A DNA stretch of 64,000 bases, from positions 1,773,742 to 1,837,741 of the forward strand of contig NMRA01000006.1 in NCBI GenBank assembly GCA_002633005.1, in the 5' to 3' direction. Below, piece by piece: positions 49,561 through 63,800 of the stretch (positions are counted from its first letter, which is position 1; every line of letters starts with the position of its first letter). Origin of the DNA: Phoronis australis. Taxonomy: Eukaryota; Animalia; Phoronida. The position numbers and the translations under genes are program-made. The notes under the pieces were generated by a model that saw only the letters and a list, made by a program, of their open reading frames with translations, ran no database searches and had not been told where the DNA came from.

Positions 49561-52089
49561 GTCGCATTATCGTGGCAGTGGAGTTGAATTTCTGTCGCCT
49601 CTTCTATGTATTGCAACAGAAACCAATAAACAGCTTGGAGACACTCTACTTGAACACGACTTAGTATGGTGGCACTTAATAGTTAGGCTGCGGCCTAGGG
49701 GTAGGCCTGGCTTGGGGGCATATTTTAGTTAGGTGTTGTATGTAGGCCAAGTGAATGTGGCTTTTTTGTTTTTGTGAACATGTTGAGAATGAAAAAAAGA
49801 CCACTTGCTCGGCTGTAGCTGCACTCTTCTTTAAGATGGCAGCCCCCAGTACCGTTGCAAATGTGCATTGCCGGGTAGCAACTGAGAAATTGGTAGCCCT
49901 CAAAGAAGTTAAATTTGCAAAAAAAACTAGTTGGAACCGATAGGGAATTTGCTTTAGGAATCTAATGTTGGCTTTAGCCGAGCATCGACAGGGAAGTGGA
50001 GGTTTTGGGGTGAAAAGTGCTGATTTTGCGTTTTTTGCCCCTATTTTTCTTAGTTTAGCTTGGTTTTCAGTGGGAGTGAAAGGGTCAAAAATACAAGAGA
50101 TAATAAAGTTTCTGTGCTCATCTATAAGGCTTGTGATGTGAAATTACTCTCTGAAACTTTTCTTTCTTTGCACTGCAGTTTTTGACAGCATGAAGAAAAG
50201 GCGAAGAGTCCTTTGACGTGTGTTCTGATAGGCAAACACCTGTGAGAACTGTTCCGTGCCTCCTATGAGACAGCGGATTGTCATTGTCACGTGATCTCCT
50301 GGCATGAACTTTTCTCCTGGTAAGAAATTGTATGTCCAAGCGTGTGAATTTTCTGTCCTGGCGTGATAAATTTTCGGCCCTGGAGTGACAAAACATAGGA
50401 CCGTTACGGCGTGGTAAATTTTGATTTTTGAGTACATTTTTGACGAACGACATTCATTCTTTTGATACATGGGAAGTTACAAGGGACGCAAAAGAAGCTC
50501 CCGTGCAAGCATGTCAAATTAAACCCTTTTAGTCTTTTAAACGTCTAAAATGAAAAAAAAAAAATCGGAACCACAATATTTTATGGACGATTTTGTTCTC
50601 ATTTATCCAATAGAAAGAGTTAGTTAATTTTGCTGATTTTTAGTTTACTTTGTGAGGAACATTCCAACAATGTCTTGTTCCAAATATGTAAGTGATCTAC
50701 ATGTAGTCGCAGTTAATATCTTTCTATAGTAGGAGGGAACCCTGTTTTTGTGATTTCTCGCAAAATGATTTCATCTGCTAGGGCACATTTAATATTTTTC
50801 CTTAGAGTAGAGGCCTTGTGCAGCTTAATCCATTGTTGTGTCAGTGGCTCCTTTGGTTTGTTTTGGGTGATCTTTCCCCCACACGCTTGCTGATTTAACA
50901 ACGGAACGTAAGAACACTTGCGAGACACTTGCAGCGAAGTCTTGGTTTCTGGAACAGAAAGAATGAGTAACGCTCACAATTTAACATTGCAGCCTCGTCG
51001 CCGTCCAATCACTTTAGCAGCGATAATTTTACTAGTATGAGCTTGGAAGACCTCGAGCTTACTTCATTATTTCAACACTCGGTTAATTTTTCGTGATCCT
51101 GCATACTCCACTAACTCGCCGCAAGAAACTTGCACCATGGACCACTACGCGCTCTCTGGGTTTTTAAGCAGGTATTTTGCAAGAGGAAGGTTCCTTATCA
51201 TGGTCGGCAGATTGGAGATAAGAGAGAAGTCTGATGACTCTTTCAGTGGCTTAATTAAAATATTTTGACTGTCCTTTTAAAGACCAAAATTTTGAAAATC
51301 ATTGCCATTTTACACACATTTTCCACGTGTCCATACAAATCGGTCCCGAAAGAGCTCTATCACTGGTAACAACGAAAACATTTACTCCACACCAACTAGG
51401 CCCACCGGAGACAGTACCTAAAAGAGCACATTTATAAGCCTATATGGTAGGGACGTGTCGCAAAGTGTTTTTTCGCTCTCTCAAGTAGATCTTGATGGGT
51501 ATTTTCTCTGCCCTCTCAAGTAAGTTCGTCATCATGGTTTTCCCCTCGCGAATAACATTCTTGGTAAGTACTTTGACTTTGTGGGACCGGTGGGATCGTC
51601 TTGGGTTGATGTTAGAGTGAAAGAAGCGGCTGCGGGACACAGTCGTCGAAAGTCTGCTTCGTGAAACGACTGAGTCAAGCGGTCTTGCGCTCCACGCAAC
51701 TATTTTCGAAAAGTATTTAATTATCTCACAAACTCTCTGAGAATGTACTCATAGCTAGTAGTTATTTGGAGGTGCTAAAAATTTCATGACTAAACCTTTA
51801 TTCAGTAATTGCGAATTAAGTGGAACACAATTACCAGCTGTTTTTAGTCTTACGTCACTTCTCATGTTGGGCCCGGGCTCTTCCTTATAGGCCCTCGTCG
51901 TTTCAGTGGATCGTCCCTAGTGACTCGTATACTGATGCGGCCCCTCAGGGATCACAAAAGGCACAAAATCACGCATGTTCAAAAAAAAAAAACAAAGAAA
52001 AACGCTGACTACTATGCACGTACCTAGCGCACGCACTGAAACTGACCAGCGAGGTGAACCGTTGGAATCCTGCTTAATCTCAAGATTGC

Positions 52090-52575
52090 GTATGCGTGAA
52101 CTTGGAACTGAATATTCATTTGGCCAATCAGGGGAATTTTTTTTGTTCAGTGTAAAAAATTTTGTAATTATTTGGCCTAATGATCACCCATTAACTCCTT
52201 TAGCGTAACTTGTGTCAATGACTCGGAGGGACATGTGAATTGTTAATGAATTTATTCTTTGGTGAACAAGATCGCCGATAATAGAAAAAGGATTGGTTAA
52301 AATTTACGTTATTTTATCAACATGTAATTTGATTTAGTGCAGTTCAAATTTTATGAACGTAAACGAGATTGTTTTACTGAGTGAACGTGTCAAGTTTCCA
52401 GGCATGCGTTCCGTAGCGCTAGGACCTTCGCCACGACCTAGCTAAAATCTGGAAAAGTCACGTGCTCTCTTTTGAAATACACGGCAATATCTCACGTAAT
52501 CTCGCGAAGTCTTGCTTTTTAGCGAGGTCCTAGCGTTACTGAACGGGAGCCTGGTGTATTCCAAGTTCGGCGCAC
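52090..52575. mobile_element. Second copy of the 37087-37489 MITE, with a nested 157-bp TIR element at 52398-52554
   Basis: Colinear homology with 37090-37440. Nested TIRs CCAGGCATGCGTTCCGTAGCGCTAGGACCT and AGGTCCTAGCGTTACTGAACGGGAGCCTGG are absent from the other copy. Confidence 0.7.
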
Positions 52576-52930
52576 CTTCCGCGTACCATTTCATGCGACC
52601 GAAAGAAGGCGCTGCCGTTAGTGAATAAACATCAGGAAAACGAAAAAGAAGGAAGTTAATATCAATATTTTTGGGACTTTTAATTAGTTTATGGTGGAAA
52701 TAGGCAGCATAAACTCGATGAAGGTGGAATAGACAAATGAGAAATATTTAGGTCGGGTTGACCTTATTTTTGATCTTGACCTCTTTTTGATCAGTAAACA
52801 AAGATGGTTGCTTGTTGGAGGCTTAGTCATGGTTCTTAGCTCTACTTCCTTGGAGTCAAGTGTCTTTCCACTTTCTAAGAGATAAGGCAAGGTATGTATT
52901 TTGTTCTTTCACTCAGCTTGTGAATAAGAA

Positions 52931-55363
52931 AAAGGAAGAGCTACAATTGTTGTGAACCAGGAAACAGTGTGTTAATCAAGAAAATGTGGTTAATTTCCTT
53001 TTCTGCCAGTTTTCTAACTTTTCTGGCATTGGCTTTTCTCGTGGTACATGAATACATGGTACACGGCACTGTGCTAGCGGTCCCTGATTTAGAGAATCAG
53101 TTTCAGTGATCCATTGATTAACGGGTGCGTTCTTCCAGTGCAGTGATATATACATCTTAATTACTGTTTGGGACTCTTATACCCAAAAAGACATTGCAGT
53201 TGTAGAGAAAGTACAGAGGAGAGTAGGCAATGACCGTCGCCTCTGTTGGCCCGACCAGAGGCGATGCAGCTCCTATAGGCGCTCCATATGCCGGAAGCTA
53301 CCCTAAAATGGTCCACCCTCAGCCACAGACGCAAAATCTGTTAGCTAAATATGTTTTACAAATATTATAAGAAGTCGGTGATCATTAACTCTGATGTTGC
53401 GCTCATCGCAGATCTTACTATCTTGGGCATCTGTACCAGAAGGTCATCCAACTATAGTATTCCAATAAATGAGACAGATTACAGGAAAACGATATTCTTT
53501 CCTAGAACAGTCACGGACTGGAATAGCTTGCCAGGCTGCATTACATCAGTCCCTTCTCTTGATATCTTTGTCAGCAAGCTATCTGCCTTTCTGAAGTAAC
53601 ATAGTGGAGTGCCTCCATTTGGAGCACCTGCTTAGTGACTGCCTTATCTGTTAGTGATCTAGCTATGTTAACCGACCTCTGAAGTGACCACTATGCATAT
53701 ATATTCTTTTAAATCTGTTATAGTTGTTCTCGTTTTTGTTGATCTTCATTGTTATACAGTGACATAATACTCTGTTATACAGTGACATAATACTCTGGAG
53801 AGAGTGTGGTCACTTAAACCAAGTAGAAGAAGAATGTTAACGCTAGCCTGCCAGCTAGTTGTATGAAGATTATCGTCATTATACAACAAGGCCTAGGTAC
53901 CACTGACGCTGTGTGTTCAGCACTGGCAGACCTCGAAATTGCACAAAACCAGGGTACTTCTGCTCATCACATTGCCGTGAAACTTGTATCAACATGTAGA
54001 GCTAAAGACCGGACGGGGTGCATGCAAAATCTGTGAATCAACCCACACTCACCTTGCTCATTATAGCCGTTTAAGTGAAACGTCATTTTCTTGCCTAATT
54101 CTTCGCCTTTTGTAAAGTCTTTTGTTGTTTTAAAGTAGTACGCTCANAAAGGAAGAGCTACAATTGTTGTGAACCAGGAAACAGTGTGTTAATCAAGAAA
54201 ATGTGGTTAATTTCCTTTTCTGCCAGTTTTCTAACTTTTCTGGCATTGGCTTTTCTCGTGGTACATGAATACCTGGTACACGGCACTGTGCTAGCGGTCC
54301 CTGATTTAGAGAATCAGTTTCAGTGATCCATTGATTAACGGGTGCGTTCTTCCAGTGCAGTGATATATACATCTTAATTACTGTTTGGGACTCTTATACC
54401 CAAAAAGACATTGCAGTTGTAGAGAAAGTACAGAGGAGAGTAGGCAATGACCGTCGCCTCTGTTGGCCCGACCAGAGGCGATGCAGCTCCTATAGGCGCT
54501 CCATATGCCGGAAGCTACCCTAAAATGGTCCACCCTCAGCCACAGACGCAAAATCTGTTAGCTAAATATGTTTTACAAATATTATAAGAAGTCGGTGATC
54601 ATTAACTCTGATGTTGCGCTCATCGCAGATCTTACTATCTTGGGCATCTGTACCAGAAGGTCATCCAACTATAGTATTCCAATAAATGAGACAGATTACA
54701 GGAAAACGATATTCTTTCCTAGAACAGTCACGGACTGGAATAGCTTGCCAGGCTGCATTACATCAGTCCCTTCTCTTGATATCTTTGTCAGCAAGCTATC
54801 TGCCTTTCTGAAGTAACATAGTGGAGTGCCTCCATTTGGAGCACCTGCTTAGTGACTGCCTTATCTGTTAGTGATCTAGCTATGTTAACCGACCTCTGAA
54901 GTGACCACTATGCATATATATTCTTTTAAATCTGTTATAGTTGTTCTCGTTTTTGTTGATCTTCATTGTTATACAGTGACATAATACTCTGTTATACAGT
55001 GACATAATACTCTGGAGAGAGTGTGGTCACTTAAACCAAGTAGAAGAAGAATGTTAACGCTAGCCTGCCAGCTAGTTGTATGAAGATTATCGTCATTATA
55101 CAACAAGGCCTAGGTACCACTGACGCTGTGTGTTCAGCACTGGCAGACCTCGAAATTGCACAAAACCAGGGTACTTCTGCTCATCACATTGCCGTGAAAC
55201 TTGTATCAACATGTAGAGCTAAAGACCGGACGGGGTGCATGCAAAATCTGTGAATCAACCCACACTCACCTTGCTCATTATAGCCGTTTAAGTGAAACGT
55301 CATTTTCTTGCCTAATTCTTCGCCTTTTGTAAAGTCTTTTGTTGTTTTAAAGTAGTACGCTCA
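52931..55363. repeat. Near-identical ~1.2-kb direct duplication split by a single N (probable assembly overlap)
   Basis: 52931-54146 is repeated at 54148-55363 with N at 54147. I saw one substitution (GAATACATGG vs GAATACCTGG). Identical 82-aa ORFs at 53351 and 54568. Confidence 0.92.
53130..53833 (+). mobile_element. CR1/L2-type LINE 3' end (duplicated at ~54347-55050)
   Basis: WDSYTQKDIAVVEKVQRR...LKWSTLSHRRK...MFYK...FFPRTVTDWNSLP, ending in an AGAAGAAGAA tail. Confidence 0.75.
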
Positions 55364-55719
55364 TGCCACGTCCACGCGCCATTTCCTAAAATTTTGCGAC
55401 ATCTCAGGAAATGATGATAGCTTCACAGCAGTAAAGTTGGTTCTGAAATTTGGTTTACTGGTATTAAAATACTAAGAACATGTAACTAAATGAAACCAGT
55501 TCCGATAATTTGTTGAGACATATACGCAACCTCGTGGAAAAAGGAGGTTAAACGCCAATTTTTCCAACACCGGTAAACAATTTAGTTCACTTAAGTAAGA
55601 GTGTAGTTTTTAATGACATTAATTTTGTGTCAGATTTTATCTGGTTAATGTTTTACCCACATCGGCGCTTAGCTTTATATTTAGCATACACCTTTGCGCC
55701 AAGGCTATCTTAACACATG

Positions 55720-55890
55720 CCGACGGCAGGTATTGAACATGGGACCCAGTGTTACCGTAGAGTCAAGCATCTAAACCGTTCAGGCAATTGCCACTTGGCA
55801 GGTGATTTAGTATAGAAAATTCTACTTGCCGTTGGCAGGTGTTGAACCTAGGCTGCTGGCGTGAGAGTCGACCATACGAGCTGTTCAGCC
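55720..55890 (-). mobile_element. Two adjacent degenerate tRNA-like SINE heads
   Basis: GCCG..GGCAGGT.TTGAAC (B-box complement) at ~55720 and ~55829. Confidence 0.35.
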
Positions 55891-56099
55891 AATAGATTTG
55901 CAACTTGGCAAATAATTCAGAGAGAGCGCGTGACTCGTTACAACACAGTGACAGTGACTCCTGCACTGGACTGAAGTGAACCCAGAGGTCTTGCTCTTTG
56001 AGGATAAAGGGTAGTAGTCGAATAGGTGGGTCCCTGATTTAAGATTGATTTGAGAACCAGTTACTACCACAAAGGTGGGACCTGTCTCAGTGTGATATC

Positions 56100-57560
56100 G
56101 AAAAATAGAGAAGCTTGTAGCTCTCTATCTGATGCTAAGACAGGCTTGAATGTTCTGAGAACGTGTTATGTGTGACAGGGCTTTAACAGCTTAACCAATA
56201 ACTGCTCACTTAGGCCTACCAGTGGTTTGTGATTCACATCTTGGCTTGCTTTGCAGCTGTTGTCAGCTCCTCGGCAGTTTGGGTAACTATGTATGTCCTT
56301 TCACATTTCGTATAGTGCTTCTGACTGAGGTTGAACTAACTAACATATATTTGTAAGTCACCTCTTGTACAATTTCGGGGGGGGGGCTATGTCCTTGCTC
56401 TCATTTTATTTTAATTTTTATCAGTTTGATGTCCAGCTGTTTTGATGATTGGCAGCTATCAAATGTCAGAGCACCAATCACTGACATGGCACACAGCAAG
56501 TTTGGTTTGTCCAGGCATTACATTCTTGCATTTATCATACTCTCTTTCAGCAAGGCAGTTGTCGGATATAAGGTGCCCACATTTTGAGAGCCAGTTTGAT
56601 GTCCGTTGTTCAGTGGAGAAAACTGATTATCAAAATGTGGACCCATCATCACCGACTGTTACATTGCCTTTGTCATGCTATAATCTAAGTCATTCAATGA
56701 CAAGTTCATCATTGGTAGATCTACCTGGAAGATTGTCACCTTCCCCAGATTTTAGTATGGATGTTGAAAGGAATAGATTACTAGTAGAGGAATTTAGATT
56801 CTGAGCTTGGCTATTCTAAACAGATGCAAATATACACTTGACCTGTCTCGGGCTTTGTCAAGTTTGAGTGTATGTGAGTGCACGTGCTTGGCTCTTCTTA
56901 CTTCTTCACTTCTTCAATTGAGCATGTTTACAAAGGATAAAAGTATCAAACTGAAATCGAGGCTGGTGACCTTATCAATTAACTCTTACATGGCTACTTG
57001 TCTTGTCACATTGGCATTTAGCTTTAGATAGTAGCAAAGTATTGGTCTGTCGTTGCTGATGGCACTAGGGTTTTGAGTTCAAGTCAATCTTACCAATGAT
57101 TTCAAAGCTATATACCATTTTGCCGATGATGTTTCTTGAAGAATAGGCGAATGTGCTTCTACCTGATTGTAGTTCAGGTTCTGTAGTAAGTGCCCTTTGG
57201 TAAGAATTCTTGCAGTGTGTGGTAAAGTGTTTTGTGGAGAGTAGTGAGGGTTACCCTTCTGTGGTAAAGGTTGAGCTCAATGACAGTGAACATCCCTGTT
57301 GCTTCTCGGAGTTCACTGTAACTAGGCACTCTGGAAACTGTCTGCCAAATATTAATTGTATTGTTTGTTAGCTTGTAAGTGATTGTTGCTGAGAAGTAGA
57401 CTAATTCCCCCACTGTGCCACCACACTGTTGATGTTTGATGTTGTTCACTGTTTTAGATGGTGGCAGGTGTTATCACCCCTGGATTGGCAGTTCCAGTAC
57501 TGCTCTGCTCTCTGGCGGTAGCAGTTCTGTTGATAACAGTACTACTTCTCTGTGCAGAAA
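56100..57560 (-). mobile_element. Heavily degraded LINE reverse-transcriptase region
   Basis: Scattered RT-like peptides on the minus strand (e.g. DRPILLLS, HVSDWC) with many stops; boundaries approximate. Confidence 0.35.
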
Positions 57561-58336
57561 AGGAAAAGGGGTAAGTACCCAATGGGCTGAAGGGAAGACT
57601 TAAAGTGGAGCATTCTACTGCCTTATCTCTGTGATTATTTGGTCAAATTAGTCAAGAACACAACATATAGCAACGATGTGAATACGAAGTAGGTTGAAAA
57701 TTGTCAAATGTTTTTAAGAATGAGATTTGTGTTGAAAATGATCCGCCTTAAATCATTCAACCGTGTCCAGTAAGGATCCTGATGTGGTGTTGGAGAATAC
57801 CACTACATGAATCGGTCTGTGCTAGCCCGCGAGGTACGTCATCAGTGCAAAGGTCATTTGCAGAAGTTTTTGTTTTCACATTTACAAGTTTTCAATGGAT
57901 ACAACTGCACTTTGTTTAGCGTAGATTATGTTAAAATAGCATTGTTGTTTAGATTCTGCTATACATTAGCATAGTTAAGAACATGCAAATACATCTCATA
58001 GTTTGTTCCAGCTTTTAGTAAGCTGTTGCACTCTGGATTTCAGCTAAACTACGCAGTGCCTTTCACATGATTTTTTGGTCATAACTTATGTGCATAATCT
58101 ATGTGATATTGGACCTCCTTTAATAGGACCATCCCAGATTACTCTCCTTTGTACTGTAGATAAGAAAACACGTTGCCTCCATTGGTTTCGTTTTGGAATG
58201 TCAGAGGTTTGATAGTCAATTCTCATCTAAGTTTAGAAACTTTGATTTTAGCGTCCTTTAGTAGAGTTCAACGCTGAGGTTAACACCAACTGCGACCTAA
58301 CTAGGCCTACAATTCCTCGATTTTGGGGCCAGGTAT

Positions 58337-58637
58337 CGGCCCTATTCTCGTCTGAAAATATTATAAAATCAGGTGAAATTCCCCTCATGAGGCCCAAAAA
58401 TTCCCCTCAAGGGATTGAAGATTTCCCTCGAGGTTCGAGTCACTTGCAACTCACACAAGTGTCAATTTGAATGAGTGGAAAATGTTAGTTTTGACTACTT
58501 GAGGGAAAGGCTATGAGGGCTTGTAACAGGTTGGAGGTGCTATTGGTGGTGATCGAAATGTAGAATTCGCCCCTTACCCCTAAAAATTCCCCTCTCAGAA
58601 GGCACAGGCACTTTTCCCCTCAGATGAACGAGGGCCC
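58337..58637. mobile_element. MITE-like element with repeated subterminal AATTCCCCTC motifs
   Basis: Imperfect TIRs GGCCCTATTCTCGTCTGA and TCAGATGAACGAGGGCC; several TTCCCCTC copies. Confidence 0.45.
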
Positions 58638-59284
58638 TAACTATTTCCAAGGAAGACAAATGGGTAATTAGGTAGCCAAAATCAGGAAAACACGCGAGTT
58701 GTGTCGCGGTGCTATTGCATACTTCCCCGTTTTCTTGTTGACTGCATGTTGTGGCGTACTGCATCCCAAGAAAAAAAGCTGCTGTTGAGATGTTATCAAG
58801 TGCTTTGACAGTGATTTTGCCCTCGTTCGGCTCCTACCAAAACCAGATGATCAGATGACATTGATAGGCATGCGCCGTGGCCTGGTGCAGCCAGTCTTCG
58901 TGCTGAAAATTTTGATTTCCATCTGTTTAATTCTGGTTAAATTTTTCTCAGCAAGTGCATGTCGACTCATGTCTTACCTGGTCGCCAAAGACAGTTTGAG
59001 GTGGGATTGACGAGCCCTGTTCACTATCTTCCATTTATGAACACTGATTTCTGATTATTATTATCTTTGAAGTTACTTGTAAGCATATTTGAACTGTGTA
59101 GGATCATTGCTTTGCTATTTAAAAATCCTCATTTTCAGTGTCAGTTTGGTCTTCCGTGAAAGTTGACAAAAGCTCCTTAAAAATGTGTAACTGTTACAAG
59201 TGGTTTCATCTACTTTCACTTTTTCCCTACAGCAGTCTGACAGTCACTCTTTGTAGTGTCCAGGTTACATGGGTGGGTCACATC

Positions 59285-59480
59285 TACCGTAATCGTTCGG
59301 GTTAACGCCCATGCTCAGTTAACCGCCCACCCCTACTTTAGGTGGATTTTCGATTTAACCGCCCACTGCTCAGTTAAGCGCCCCCCTACGATTTTTGAAG
59401 ATTTCCAGTTAAGCGCCCACCTCTCGGTTAAGCGCCCATCCCGGACTTTTAAAGAATGAAGATTTAGCGCCCTGTGCTAA
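59285..59480 (+). mobile_element. DNA-transposon terminus (TACCGTA... type) with TTAA(C/G)CGCCC subrepeats; related copy at ~61991-62183
   Basis: TACCGTAATCGTTCGGGTTAACGCCC vs TACCGTAAACGTTCGGGTTAATGCCC. Confidence 0.55.
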
Positions 59481-60469
59481 GGAAACGGTGATTCCCTGAC
59501 TTTTACAAAAAGATCGATNTCCCTTTGCTTTCATGTGTCAACAGGATCTTCCGTGGGTATGAATAGTCTCAAATTTTTATGCTTGTCTTGCAAACAATCT
59601 ACCTTACATTTCCGTCATTGTTGATTCTGCATTGTGCAGATGCTTTTTAAGCCTGGGCGTCTTGTGCTCAAATGTTTAGAATACTATTTTTGTCCTTTGT
59701 CAATTCATGGGGTTGTCGATTCCTCCATGAGCAACAACTATGTATATTTTCAATGTGTGAGATCTGCAATCTTGCGCGCAATGCACAATTTCCTGTTCAC
59801 CAGCGGTGTGTGCCACGTTAACGTTTACTTCTAACATACACGTCTGCTGAATATTGCTTGTGTCTTACGAGCTTAAATTTTGCAGTTGCACTTCCTGAAT
59901 TAATTACAAAATTACTCACGACATCAAGAATTCTACTTCAGGAAGACATTGAATGGTTTTTCATGTATGAAATGTTTTCTTTTATACCGCTAAGCAAAGT
60001 ATATTCCAGAATTTCCTATCGGAATACACTAACTGGAAGCTGAAATTATAACACGTGTGTCAAGTTGCACCGGCACAAATGACGGGGCTCAATTTGCTCA
60101 AGCTCAAAACTGGGCAGCAGATCATGCAAGGAATTTTAGCAAGTTTTAGTTTGATGTCGGTCAGATATGGCTATGTATATCTGATTTCTATTTTCAAGAC
60201 AAGGAATTTATGAATATTAGGAACTTCCCACCGATCTATTTTTGAGATATCCAGCTTCATTTACTGCACATGTTCTGTGCTCCTAGTTGTGTTTTCAAGT
60301 AGTTTTTTAAAAGATTTTGGTAATTGTTGTGATTTGTGTATGAGGTGAGCTGTTATCAAGGTTTTTGACCTATTTTCTTCATTCAAGATTGGCTATGTGA
60401 GGAATATTTCAGTGGCCTTGTGGCTCTGCTGATTGCATTGCACTATCGTGAATGCAGTTCACCTTTTTT

Positions 60470-60850
60470 GCCCTTTTCTAGTTTCGTCTTGCGATGGAAT
60501 AGATTTTTCATTGGTTTCCGATATGATGATTTCATCTTAACAACTTTTTTCTAATTTCATTTTTGTAACGTTTTTCTAGTTTTATATTACTAGTTTCATC
60601 TCAGTAAAGTTGTTCTTAAGTTCATCATAGTAGCAATTTTTTGTTTCATCTTAATAACGTTTTAATTGTTTCATCTTACTTGTGTTTTTCTAGTTTCATC
60701 TCAGTAAAGTTTTCTTCTTCATCATAGTAACATTTCTCTAGTTTCATCTTACTAGTATTTTTCTAGTTGCATCTCACTCAAGTTGTTCTTGTTCATCACA
60801 GTAGCATTTCTCTAGTTCTGTTCTTGGTAGCGTTTTTCTAGTTTCATGTT
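60470..60850. repeat. Degenerate AT-rich minisatellite (~25-bp unit)
   Basis: Recurrent TTTCTAGTTTCATCT(T/C)AGTA. Confidence 0.7.
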
Positions 60851-63800
60851 ACATGTAGTCAGACAACATACCAACGGTCATGAGTCAATGTTTCAATTGC
60901 AAGATGAAGATGGTATTTCTGTTCTCATTGTATCTTTTTGTATCATATCGCGACCCCAAAATGGAGTTGAATCTGGAGTATCTGGTCTATGTAACACTGT
61001 TGATAAGATAAAGCAAGAAAAACACACCTGGTTTGGGCTTGGCTTTAGGGAAGAGATTATAATCATGATTGGAAGGGCAGTGAGTGTGACCCACTTTTCA
61101 CTTGTGACTCATTGTTGTGTTCTGCCTTGCTCAGGTTACTTATGAACCTTTTTTCATAATGTTCGTCTACTTTCTTAGGCCTACCTGTAGCAGTAGCGCT
61201 GTGAATTTAGTTTCTCAGTACAACATGTGAAAGAATCACTCTTGAGCTGCTAAACGCTGGGTCTGGGTAGTCCAGTACATCCAGAGTTAGCAAAATTCTG
61301 GTCCAGGAAGACTTATGGTTATAATGAACCTTGGTGAAATGTTTAAATTTTGCTAACTTCAAAACATCATATCTCAGAAAGGACAAATCAGATTCATATG
61401 AAACATTCATATGCCGTGGTTTATGCATTGTTCTCCACACAGTGTCAGGGATTACATTTATAATGTTTCACTTTTGCATGAGGTGCTATCAAAAATAAGG
61501 CTTTTACTATTTTTATCAAAAAAACTAAAAAAATTGCATCAATGAAAACAAAATAAAAATTTAGAAACCTTTAACTGAGTCTGTAACAATGTTTTAGAGA
61601 TTTCAGTGCTAACATTTGTTTCAAATGAAAATTGGTCACGTTTGTGCTAGTATTATTGTTTTGCTGTGACTGAAATTTTCTTTCTACTGAATTTTTACTA
61701 AAAATGCGCGATCACGTGACTACGTTACTGGCAGATTAGTATAAAGTCAAAAATCTAATTCTATGGCATTGTGTTTACTTTCAAGGGAGTTAAATTCGGA
61801 ATCCATAGTTATGTAGGTATTTGGATATATGATCAGACTTGTTGACAGCTGTTTTATGTTGTGCACCACTGTGTCTTGAGTTCTGTTTCACTATAAGCTC
61901 TATCTTTAGGCCCTTTTCAACTACTGTGTGTAACTTAAAGTGAGTCAAAATGTTCTTTTGAAATGAAAGTTTAAGATGTTTTTCCAAACTTACCGTAAAC
62001 GTTCGGGTTAATGCCCTGTGCGGTTAAATTGGCAAACCCAAAAATCCGGGGTGGGCGGTTAACCAGACATGGGCGCTTAAACGTGAAATTTCAAGAAATC
62101 GGGGGGGGNGGGGGGGGGGGGGCGGTTAACTGAACATGGGCTCTTATTACAACAAATAACCGCCCTGGGCGGTTAATCTTACCTCAAGATCCCATTCCCC
62201 ACACGTAGTTGGAACGCGTAGCACTTTTCTGAGCTTTCGCCATGTCACCAAATGACGGTAAAACTGTCATAACTGCGGATGATCTCAACAAAGGTTCTGT
62301 TGCCCTCAGATTAATTATTTCAGTTAAATTTACAAAATTACTGAGTAATAGCCCGTGCCGTCCTGCCGTCTTGTTAGAGCTGTTCCTGTAGAGCGCAGAC
62401 GTGGTGATAGAACAAAGTGCGCGTGTGCAAGCTTCTCGTGCTGTGTAGGTCACAGCAGAGTCACGAGTTAGTTGTCAAGTTCTGAGTTAGAGAGCATTTT
62501 TTAATTATTTGTAATTAAAGTTTGAAAAACTAATTCAGGTGTTTTGTTTTTGCGTTTGGGATGTTTGTGTTCGAGACTCCGTGATTCAATGACATTTTCA
62601 ACGTAAGGTTCTACGGCTGTTTTATTTTGACCGTCCGACGGAGGTTGGCAGACATAAGCCAATCGTCAATCAAAAGTTACAGCAAAGACATTACTCAAAA
62701 AAGTGCTTAAGATTTTAATGTTAAAAAATACTAACACTATGAATGGGATGAGTCTAATGAAACTGTATAGTAGATTCTGAGAAAGAAGTATTTCATACAC
62801 AAGTACCTGCGTCAGTAAAAATAATTCGAATACGAAGCCCCCATTATTTGGGTAACCTGTTACCAGCACCAGTGGTTTGTTCCAACGAGCAAAGCGTCCT
62901 TACTGAGTCGGTGTTGTTGGAAACAGGACTCGGCGCTAGGCATAACGAGCTGAAGATCGCATTGGCGACCTGAATTTTGAAAAAACGAGCCGAGATTTTG
63001 GTCATCTTCTATTTAATCGTAATATATTTGCGACCTGAAATTTCCAATGTACGGGCCATGGCATACATATGTGATAAAACGTCACAAAGCAGCGATGTTT
63101 CTATTCATTGTTAAACGATAAACTTACCAAATTTTGTGGTGGAAAAACATTTTTATTTTACATGCAAGATTTCCAGATTATCCTATTATATAACCTACAA
63201 TATCGTACTGCGACACTGTTTGGTCCCACTGTTTGCGCGTAATGTCCCCGCAAACGATCGCGATTTGGAAGTGTCGGCAAGTAATCGGCCGGTTCAATAT
63301 GCGTCTCGTTTTTTATGGCAAAAGACAGCGGCAAACAGATTCTCAAGACCTTCTGTCCGAGGTTGGGCACGCGCATATGAGTCACCTGTCAATCACATGT
63401 GCAGTCAAGGTAACTTGCACTCCAGAGCGTGGGAACTCACACGCGCGCACCACACCAAAGTGGCACATCAAAAGAGAATAGCTACAGCGGCTTGACTGTA
63501 GGTTTAAGCTGACCAGGTGTTTATTTGACACTGAACTTGGGCCTCCTGCTCTTTAAAAAAAAACAACGTACCCCAAAACTGCAACGCGAAGTCACAGTTC
63601 TGATAATTCGCAGCTCGATGATCCCTAGGCCCCAGGGGTTCTCCGCCTCCAACTGCTGCCAATTGACCTATCGCAAGCTCCACCCCTTTGCGTAATGTCA
63701 ACTAACAAACGATAAGTTTTACCTGGCAACATGTTGTTTGTCGGGTAAAACGGCGGGTTGGAAATGAAGGTGCGTCAATAATGCTGCGTTCTAAATGGTC

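Noticed and set aside
58370-58625. Multiple GGGGAATT kB-like sites on the minus strand
   Set aside because: They are subterminal repeats of a MITE-like element and no nearby gene start was identified.
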